Shown here piece after piece: positions 25,068 to 31,608 of a stretch of 32,000 bases of DNA. Source of the DNA: Trichlorobacter lovleyi SZ (GTDB lineage Bacteria > Desulfobacterota > Desulfuromonadia > Geobacterales > Pseudopelobacteraceae); assembly GCF_000020385.1 (NCBI RefSeq), contig NC_010814.1, forward strand, positions 150,001 to 182,000, in the 5' to 3' direction. The translations under genes and the position numbers were made by a program. Under the pieces are notes generated by a model, which did not search any database, was not told the origin of the DNA, and worked only from the letters and a program-made list of their open reading frames with translations. The stretch's first letter is position 1, and the number at the start of each line of letters is the position of its first letter.

Positions 25068-25676
25068 ATGCCCCAAAACATTGACGATCTTATACAACGG
25101 ATCAAGGAACTGCAGGAGGAACTTGAAGTCGAGTTCAAGAAGAAACGGGACGAATTCGAGTTCATCATCGAAAAGAAACGGGTTCGTTTTGCCGAGGAGG
25201 TGGCACGGCAGCAACGTCGGTTGAAAATCGGCTGGTTCCGCTATCTGATCAAATCAAGACCGCTCAATGTCCTGACCGCTCCGGTTATTTACGCGGGGTT
25301 CATCCCCTTTATGATCCTGGATCTGTTTCTCTGGCTCTATCAGTCGATCTGCTTTCCGGTGTATGGTATTCCCAAGGCAAAGCGCTCCGATTATCTGATT
25401 TTCGACCGGGAAGACCTCCCGTACCTGAACGTCATCGAGAAGTTCAACTGTTTCTACTGTTCCTATGGCAACGGACTCATGGCCTATGGCCGGGAGATTG
25501 CGGCCCGGACCGAGCAGTACTGGTGCCCGATCAAGCATGCCCGCCGGATCAAGGCGGCACACGAACATTATCCGCGCTTCTTCGAGTACGGCGATGCTGA
25601 GAGTTGGCAAAAAGGGCTGGAACGGCTGCGTCGGCAATATCCAAAAGAACAACAACCTGCAACCGAGGTGAAGTGA
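25068..25676 (+). CDS. Membrane protein of unknown function (coiled-coil N-terminus, hydrophobic hairpin, Cys-rich C-domain)
   Basis: 202 aa from MPQNIDDL (AGGAG RBS). Hydrophobic stretch LNVLTAPVIYAGFIPFMILDLFLWLYQSICFPVY, then CFYCSYGNG…WCPIKH. Tightly packed between the protease and the thioredoxin. Family not recognised. Confidence 0.6.
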   Translation: MPQNIDDLIQRIKELQEELEVEFKKKRDEFEFIIEKKRVRFAEEVARQQRRLKIGWFRYLIKSRPLNVLTAPVIYAGFIPFMILDLFLWLYQSICFPVYGIPKAKRSDYLIFDREDLPYLNVIEKFNCFYCSYGNGLMAYGREIAARTEQYWCPIKHARRIKAAHEHYPRFFEYGDAESWQKGLERLRRQYPKEQQPATEVK

Positions 25677-25677
25677 C

Positions 25678-26121
25678 ATGGCTACGGCAAGCTACCTGAT
25701 TTCCTGCCCATCCTGCGGCACTGGCAACCGCATCCCGGCCGATAAAGAGGGTGTGCGGGGGCGCTGCGGCAACTGCAAGTCAGCATTGCCGCCGCTGTAT
25801 TGCCATCCACAGCAGATGACCGACCGGACCTTCGACTCTTTCATCAACTCCTATCCCGGTCCGGTGCTGGCAGAGTTTTGGGCACCCACCTGACCGCACT
25901 GCCACACCTTCGCACCGGTGGTGCGAACCGTAGCTGAAAAACTGGCCGGCCAGGCCGCAGTAGTGCAGATCAATACCCAGGACAATCCAAATCTGGCAGC
26001 CCGATTCGGTATCAGGGGTATTCCGGTCATTGTGCTGTTGAAACAGGGACGTGTTGTCGATCAATTACCAGGAGCACATCCGCTTGATGCGGTGCTGGCA
26101 TGGTTCCGTCGAAAGGTATGA
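25678..26121 (+). CDS. Trx2-type thioredoxin (N-terminal zinc ribbon) with in-frame TGA at the first active-site Cys position; probable selenoprotein (UxxC)
   Basis: The two track ORFs (25678..25893 and 25918..26121) are in the same frame, separated only by TGA 25891-25893. The read-through gives …VLAEFWAPT-U-PHCHTFAPVVRTVAEKLAG…ARFGIRGIPVIVLLKQGRVVD…, colinear with E. coli TrxC (…DFWAPWCGPCRNFAP…[21 protein letters not shown]…), with U aligned to the first Cys. N-terminal CPSC…CGNC zinc ribbon as in Trx2. Confidence 0.8.
25909..25927 (+). other. SECIS-like hairpin downstream of the in-frame TGA
   Basis: UUCGCAC(C)-GGU-(G)GUGCGAA: a 7 to 8-bp stem with a GGU apical loop. The stem starts 15 nt after the TGA, which is bacterial SECIS-like geometry with G/U in the loop. 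Confidence 0.6.
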
Positions 26122-26199
26122 TAAATTTTGAACTTGATTTCTGCTAAACGGAGAAAAATACAAACTTCAGCAGCACCATGTTAATTCTGTCTAAAGGTT

Positions 26200-26235
26200 A
26201 ATCAGAATAACTTCCCTCTGCCAGAGAAAGAATAG
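26200..26235 (+). pseudogene. Stub of the 3' end of a fourth XRE1 gene
   Basis: AATCAGAATAACTTCCCTCTGCCAGAGAAAGAATAG parallels the XRE1-b end AATCAAGAAACCTTCCTTCTGCCAGAGAAGAAATAG (…FLLPEKK*). It sits at the same distance and orientation relative to an XRE2 copy. Confidence 0.5.
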
Positions 26236-26268
26236 CGAATATATTTTTTCGTGAAAGGAAAAATCACA

Positions 26269-26607
26269 TCAAAAATCATCATTGACCTTTACCGGTCTAC
26301 GTACCCGCTTGGGCAGCAGGGCCAGCTTATCGTCAATGTGCCTGCCGAAGGTGTAACGAATTGAATTCTCCTCATCGTTGAAAAGCTTTACTCCGACTAT
26401 ATTGGCAACCTCGAACACCAGGCCGATTTCACATTTCGGATCGCCGCGCTCGATCTTCTGCAAGGTCCTTCTGGAAATCCCCGCCCGTCCGGACAGCTCT
26501 TCCTCGGTTATCTTGCGTTCTTTTCTGCCAAGCCGGATGAGTTTACCCAACAGCTCAGCGGCATCCCGGGTCTGACGGAGATATGTGCGGTTAACTGGAG
26601 AGGCCAT
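26269..26607 (-). CDS. XRE-family HTH protein (XRE2, copy b), downstream of fic
   Basis: 112 aa from MASPVNRTYLRQ, differing from copy a at only a handful of residues. The 26646 start was rejected by comparison with copy a. Confidence 0.8.
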   Translation of the reverse strand: MASPVNRTYLRQTRDAAELLGKLIRLGRKERKITEEELSGRAGISRRTLQKIERGDPKCEIGLVFEVANIVGVKLFNDEENSIRYTFGRHIDDKLALLPKRVRRPVKVNDDF

Positions 26608-26709
26608 AAAAAACACCAAATGGATATTATCGCAATCGCTAAACAATTGTATGGATACGATAGTATCCGTTTAGGTAAAGATCTAATGAAACGCGGGAAG
26701 CATGAAAGC

Positions 26710-28236
26710 TTACTCAACGCGGCACGAACGGACGAAAGCGGCAAATGGTCGTATATCGCCACCGAATGAGGCAGCATCAAGCGCTTCCATGTATTCTTTA
26801 CGTCGGTCCACCGGAATGATAGTCCAACTGAAACCGCCCGAAGCGAGCATGGCGTTCATCAGGAAACGACCGATCCTGCCGTTGCCATCCATGTAGGGGT
26901 GAATGTAGACAAAGATGAAGTGACCCAGCACCCCCCTGACAGCAGAAGAGGACTCAGCTTCAAGCAGATCACATAACTCCGGCATCATCTCGCGCACAGC
27001 CTCCTTCGAAGGGGGCACATGGGCGGCGTTGCGGATATACACCTGTGCGTTGCGGTATCCCGCAAGATCGACAGCCGACAGGATGCCGGCATCCACACTG
27101 GGCGAAAACAGACTGCGGTGCCAGGCGGCATGGTCTGAACGGAATGCCGTGCCCGGGTTTGCACCTGAAAATATCCTGCGGATCGTGGCCATGACTTCAT
27201 TGTGGGCCAACCAATAACCGCGCGCAGCCATGGCATTGCGCGACTCGGAATCCTCCCGGGTATTTTCCGGGTTCCAGTCACCACGGGATACACGACTGAT
27301 CAGTTCATCGGATACCCGGTATCCTTCTATGGAGAGAGAGTGGTAGGCATCCAGTTGATACTGCTCTTCAATACGGGACATGAAGAGATCGATATTTTCA
27401 GGAATCCCCGGTTCCTGTGGAAACAGTTCAAGAACCGGCTGGCGCATCTCATGCCACATGAGTCGTATCCGCAGAGCATGGCGGGATTCGCTGTGCGTCA
27501 GCAGATTCATCGGCAGAAGTTCCTCAAAAGGATTGGATTCCGTAACCATGTATCCGCCAGAACGCATGGTTGCCAGAATCTGATCGGCATGTTCCGCCCG
27601 CCCGACAGCTCGCAACGCTCCGGCAAGTCTGCCGGCGATTGTGCTGTGTCCACCCTCCAGAAGTTCCCGGAGAAGAGTGGATACATCCCTGACCCCGGAC
27701 AGCACAATTTGCGCATCACGGGCATGGTTTCGGTAAAAGGAGGGCGGAGCCTTTATCAGGGCGGTTTCAGGCATGAGAACGCGGAGAGTGCCGACCATCG
27801 TCACTTTGTCGGCAGTCATGGATTCCACAGCTTTGTAGTCAAAAAGACTGCAACCGTTCGGCAGGGAGAGAGTTCCGTTCTTTGCCAGGGGGGAGTGGAC
27901 CGTGACCTGTTTCGGCAACAGTGTGCTACCGGCATGGAGGGACAGGGACAGGTCGGGTGACACATGCCAGTTATCACCGAACCGTTCCGTGCAGTACCCG
28001 GCAATAAACTCACGCATGGCAGCAAACCAGGGGGTGCTGTCACCCATCTGTTCATCAGGACGGGACGGCATATACCAACCCTTGAGGATCTGTCTCAGGA
28101 AGCCGTTTTTTACAAGCGATGACAACTGGATTCGCTTGAGTTCAGTTGACTTGATGACGGATTTCCCGTCATCCTGCAGTTTTTTCAGGACAGTCAGGGC
28201 ATCTGCCAGATGTTGCTGAGTCGGACTGGTCTTCAT
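26710..28236 (-). CDS. Fic-domain protein (508 aa) with intramolecular inhibitory-helix-like motif
   Basis: Fic motif HPYMDGNGRIGR (HxFx[D/E]GNGRxxR with F to Y). Upstream, SLSIEG fits the [S/T]xxxE[G/N] alpha-inh motif. The long N-terminal region is unassigned. Confidence 0.9.
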   Translation of the reverse strand: MKTSPTQQHLADALTVLKKLQDDGKSVIKSTELKRIQLSSLVKNGFLRQILKGWYMPSRPDEQMGDSTPWFAAMREFIAGYCTERFGDNWHVSPDLSLSLHAGSTLLPKQVTVHSPLAKNGTLSLPNGCSLFDYKAVESMTADKVTMVGTLRVLMPETALIKAPPSFYRNHARDAQIVLSGVRDVSTLLRELLEGGHSTIAGRLAGALRAVGRAEHADQILATMRSGGYMVTESNPFEELLPMNLLTHSESRHALRIRLMWHEMRQPVLELFPQEPGIPENIDLFMSRIEEQYQLDAYHSLSIEGYRVSDELISRVSRGDWNPENTREDSESRNAMAARGYWLAHNEVMATIRRIFSGANPGTAFRSDHAAWHRSLFSPSVDAGILSAVDLAGYRNAQVYIRNAAHVPPSKEAVREMMPELCDLLEAESSSAVRGVLGHFIFVYIHPYMDGNGRIGRFLMNAMLASGGFSWTIIPVDRRKEYMEALDAASFGGDIRPFAAFVRSCRVE

Positions 28237-28288
28237 GGTCGCCTTGCTGTTACACGATTATTATGATCAAGCATTACAAGATTATTGT

Positions 28289-28519
28289 TGAAGTGGCAAG
28301 GGGATTGCGGTCGTGGTGGATCGCGGGGACGTACCTTGAACTCGCTGTCTGCCAGTGTTCATTGGTTGGTCCCAAACAAATCTGCATAGATTTAGTTACG
28401 CAGTGAGCTGCTTTGAGCTCTTCAAATGCTACAGGACTGATGCGACCATTAGCACTGTGGCGGCGGTTACGATTGTAGTCAACTTCAATATACTCAAACA
28501 CTGATCTCGGTAATGTCAC
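28289..28519 (-). mobile_element. IS3-family insertion-sequence relic (3' end of orfB plus terminal inverted repeat)
   Basis: The minus strand encodes …FEYIEVDYNRNRRHSANGRISPVAFEE…, the conserved C-terminal end of IS3-family DDE transposases. The + strand TGAAGTGGCAAGGGG at 28289 looks like an IS3-type TG-initiated terminal repeat. Everything upstream of the transposase tail is missing. Confidence 0.7.
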
Positions 28520-28540
28520 ACCGAAACTTCTCCCTATGAA

Positions 28541-29021
28541 TCACGATGTCTTCCTATCCAAACTCCGATACTGGATCGCCTCGGCCAGGTGCTGGTCGCG
28601 GATAGCTTCTGACCCGGCCAGATCGGCAATGGTGCGGGCAACCTTCAGAATACGGGAGTAGCTGCGGGCGGAGAATCCCAGTTTTTCTCCGGCCAGTTCC
28701 AGCATTCGGTGCCCGTTCTGGTCAAGTTCACAGTGTTTCTTGATCAGGCGGGCGTTCATCTGGGCGTTGCAGTGGACCTTGGTCCCTTTGAAGCGCTCCT
28801 GCTGCAGGTTTCTGGCCTGGGTTACCCGAGCCGCGATTGCGGCAGAGCTTTCAGTTTCACGGCTGTCAGACAGGTCACGGTAGGCGACGGCAGGAACTTC
28901 AACATGCAGGTCAATCCGATCCAGCAGTGGCCCTGAAATACGGGAACGATAACGTTTGATGGCGATGGGTGTGCAACTGCAAGTATGCGAAATATCTCCT
29001 AAAAATCCACAAGGACAGGGG
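28541..29021 (-). pseudogene. comM: comM 3' fragment B (divergent, lower-GC copy)
   Basis: PCPCGFLGDISHTCSCTPIAIKRYRSRISGPLLDRIDLHVEVP…AIQYRSLDRKTS*, colinear with fragment A. It has many nucleotide differences (roughly four in five positions identical by eye). Upstream residues come from junction copy 3. Confidence 0.85.
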
Positions 29022-29092
29022 TGTGTTAACCTTTCTCTACAATTCTTATGTAAGACGGCACTCGTTCTCAATCGAAATTCCCCTCGAAAAGC
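29007..29092. repeat. Island junction repeat, copy 3 (most divergent)
   Basis: CCACAAGGACAGGGGTGTGTTAACCTTTCTCTACAATTCTTATGTAAGACGGCACTCGTTCTCAATCGAAATTCCCCTCGAAAAGC. Confidence 0.8.
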
Positions 29093-29508
29093 TACCACTC
29101 CCCGGCTATCCCACCAATCCCGTGACCATCGGTGACCACATCCGCAAACGGCGAATGGATCTCGGTCTTCTCCAGAGAGAAGTCGCGGAAATCATCGGCG
29201 TTACTGAGTCTTCGGTCTGGAATTGGGAACACGGAGTGGAACCAGAACTGCAATATAATCCAAGAATTATCAAATTTCTAGGTTATATTCCGTTCGACTG
29301 TCCGGATGACACAGTGGGGCGGCTTGCGTGGTACAAGAGAGCGATGGGGATGAACCTGGATCATCTAGGTGAAGCGATGGGCCGTGATCCGGAACAACTG
29401 TCGGATTGGTTGAGTGGCCGGCATAATCCGTTTCGGAAGAACCGGGAGAAGATCGAGCTGTTTCTGGAAAACCAGAAGACCTTCCTTCTTCCAGAGAAAA
29501 GACGGTGA
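29023..29508 (+). CDS. Tandem-HTH XRE-family protein, island left-end gene (XRE1, copy c)
   Basis: Paralog of copies a and b (PGYPTNPVTIGDHIRKRRMDLGLLQREVAEIIGVTESSVWNWEHG…). Conserved GTG at 29023. The ATG at 28969 lies in comM-derived DNA and was rejected. Confidence 0.7.
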   Translation: MLTFLYNSYVRRHSFSIEIPLEKLPLPGYPTNPVTIGDHIRKRRMDLGLLQREVAEIIGVTESSVWNWEHGVEPELQYNPRIIKFLGYIPFDCPDDTVGRLAWYKRAMGMNLDHLGEAMGRDPEQLSDWLSGRHNPFRKNREKIELFLENQKTFLLPEKRR

Positions 29509-29565
29509 ATATCTTCTCCCGCAAAGGAAAACATTCAATACCTTGACTTCCTGCACGACCTGTCG

Positions 29566-29880
29566 TCAGAATTCATTATTGACCATTATCACTCTGCGAA
29601 CCCGCTTGGGCAGCAGTGCCAGCTTATCCTCAACGTGCCTCCCGTAGTTGTAGCGGTTCGAATTCTCTTCATCGCGGAAAAGCTTCACCCCAACCAGGTT
29701 GGCGACCTCGACACCAGGCCGATCTCACATTTCTGGTCGCTGCGCTCGATCTTCTGCAAGGTCCTTCTAGAAATCGCACCCGAAACCACAACAATCATGG
29801 TCGATGGCAAAGAGAAGACGATTCCGCTGTAGCAAGTGCAAGTCGGTAACCTGCTTCTTGTCAAGCCCGACGAGCGCATA
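29566..29880 (-). pseudogene. Degenerate third copy of XRE2
   Basis: Nucleotide homology to 19646..19984 runs from the stop (TCAGAATTCATTATTGACC versus TCAAAAATCATCATTGACC) onward. A 1-nt deletion near 29710 and a non-homologous block at about 29770-29850 break the frame. Only a 64-aa piece (…RRTLQKIERSDQKCEIGLV…) stays open. Confidence 0.6.
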
Positions 29881-30040
29881 CCTTTATCGCGAATTCCCCA
29901 TCAAAGCGCCGATGGCTTATTACTTGTTTACACAGTGATCATGCAAAACATAGTAGAATTTATTGCCGTAGTATTTGCGCTTGCACTGAATGTTTTTAGT
30001 GTTAAGCTAAAGTGAGTGCACACTTGCAAGAGGGTCTTAA

Positions 30041-30643
30041 ATGACTAAAAGAAGGCGGGAAACTACTGAGGTCAGGCAGCAGCAGATAACCGAGGCAGCA
30101 ATGCAGGTTATTGGACAGAAGGGAATAAATGGTGCGACTACAGTTGAGATCGCCTCTGCGGCAGGCATCTCCGAAGGAAACCTTTATCGGCATTTCCGAA
30201 ACAAAGAAGAAATCATAAAGTCGGTAATTGACAAGATCGGGAACGACTTGGCGGCGATACTGGCTGGCGTGGCAGAAATAAGTGATCCACTACAAAAGCT
30301 GGAAATCACATTTAAACGCCACCTCATGTACATAGAAGGGAATGTTGGCGTTCCAAGAACAATTTTCTCAGAAGAAACAATTGTGGCGAATGAGAATCTT
30401 CGAGCAAGGGTGAAAGGCACTATTTTAATGTACTTCCAAGGTGTCAAGGAAATAGTTGAACAGGGGCAGAAGATTGGTGCGCTTGGCACTGAAATGGACT
30501 CGCAGGCGATCACCAGCATGTTCATCGGCACTATCCACTTTGCTGTCACGCGGTGGTTGATGAGTAATTTTGCACCGAAACTTACCGATGAGGCGGAGGG
30601 GCTTTGGAAGAACTTTGCAATAGCAGTAACTCACAAAGATTAA
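30041..30643 (+). CDS. TetR-family transcriptional regulator
   Basis: 200 aa. N-terminal HTH ITEAAMQVIGQKGINGATTVEIASAAGISEGNLYRHFRNKEEI. Confidence 0.85.
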   Translation: MTKRRRETTEVRQQQITEAAMQVIGQKGINGATTVEIASAAGISEGNLYRHFRNKEEIIKSVIDKIGNDLAAILAGVAEISDPLQKLEITFKRHLMYIEGNVGVPRTIFSEETIVANENLRARVKGTILMYFQGVKEIVEQGQKIGALGTEMDSQAITSMFIGTIHFAVTRWLMSNFAPKLTDEAEGLWKNFAIAVTHKD

Positions 30644-30676
30644 AATTATACCAACACACCATTACAGGAGGAAATT

Positions 30677-31315
30677 ATGAAGAAACGTATCAATAAGTTT
30701 GCTGGAACTTTGGCTGTTGCTGTTGCCTGCTTCGGTCTGCTGCTCACCCCACGGTTTGCCGCAGCCCATTGTGACACCATGGATGGTCCGGTTGTCCAAG
30801 ATGCCCGAAAGGCTCTTAATACCAAAGATGTCACACCGGTTCTCAAATGGATACAGGTCAAGGATGAGAAAACTGTGAAAGATGCCTTCAAAAAGGCACT
30901 CGCCGCTCAAGGGAAGAAACAACAGCAAGCTGCGGAGAAGAAGTTTTTCGAATCATTGGTAAGGGTCCACCGTGCTGGCGAAGGCGCACCCTTCACAGGC
31001 CTGAAGCCCGCAGGCGAAGTGGAGCCGGTTATCGCCGAGGCGGACAAAGCGTTGGCCGGAGGTTCTCCCGACGGCTTGGTAAAGATGGTGACCGATTCGG
31101 TCAGCCAAGGTATTCGCCAGAGATACGAGAAGGTGGCTGAAGCGCTCAAGCACAAGGATGAGAAAGTACAGAAAGGACGTGAATACGTGGAGGCCTACGT
31201 CGAATATACCCATTACGTGGAGCGCTTGCAGATGGATGCGGAGGGGCATGCGGCGCATCATGGGGAGTCTGCTCACAAAAAACATGCAGTTCAGAAGCTC
31301 GAGCATGGCCATTGA
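30677..31315 (+). CDS. Exported protein with mature N-terminus HCDTMDGPVV and His-rich tail (DUF6448-like, from memory)
   Basis: 212 aa. Signal peptide ending FAAA|HCDT. C-terminal AEGHAAHHGESAHKKHAVQKLEHGH. AGGAGG RBS. The family assignment is from recollection only. Confidence 0.6.
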   Translation: MKKRINKFAGTLAVAVACFGLLLTPRFAAAHCDTMDGPVVQDARKALNTKDVTPVLKWIQVKDEKTVKDAFKKALAAQGKKQQQAAEKKFFESLVRVHRAGEGAPFTGLKPAGEVEPVIAEADKALAGGSPDGLVKMVTDSVSQGIRQRYEKVAEALKHKDEKVQKGREYVEAYVEYTHYVERLQMDAEGHAAHHGESAHKKHAVQKLEHGH

Positions 31316-31385
31316 TCACGCACTGAATAATAGGTTGTGATTTTCGTTTTGGAAATAAAACTGTCACAAGCACATGGAGACGACA

Positions 31386-31580
31386 ATGGCAAAAAAAGCA
31401 TGGGTTGATCAGGCTGAATGCATTAGCTGCGGACTGTGTGTTGACAACCTACCCGATGTCTTCCGTTTTGATGATAGCGGCAAGGCGGAATGTTTTGATT
31501 CCTATGCTGCAACCGAGGATGAAATCCAAGCCAATGCCATCGATATATGCCCTGTATCGTGTATCCATTGGGAGGAGTGA
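31386..31580 (+). CDS. Small single-cluster ferredoxin
   Basis: AKKAWVDQAECISCGLCVDNLPDVF…ICPVSCIHWEE (a CxxCxxC…CP pattern). I prefer ATG 31386, which has a GGAG 6 nt upstream, over ATG 31374. Confidence 0.8.
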   Translation: MAKKAWVDQAECISCGLCVDNLPDVFRFDDSGKAECFDSYAATEDEIQANAIDICPVSCIHWEE

Positions 31581-31608
31581 ATTTTAAATCGTAGCCAAAG
31601 GAGATGTT

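Noticed and set aside
25918-26121. Treating 25918..26121 as an independent 67-aa gene, and 25678..25893 as a stand-alone zinc-ribbon peptide or a thioredoxin pseudogene.
   Set aside because: They share a frame. The GTG at 25918 has no RBS and lies inside the hairpin. The single TGA aligns with the catalytic Cys and is followed by a SECIS-like stem-loop. A pseudogene remains the fallback if the host lacks Sec machinery.
27202-27960. 252-aa + strand ORF inside the fic gene, plus other nested ORFs at 26985-28219.
   Set aside because: They are antisense or out of frame relative to a 508-aa ORF carrying a perfect Fic motif, and they have no independent signals.
28274-28519. 81-aa ORF as an intact gene.
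   Set aside because: Only its first roughly 35 residues resemble anything (the IS3 transposase C-terminus). The rest reads through the IS terminal repeat, so it is called an IS relic instead.
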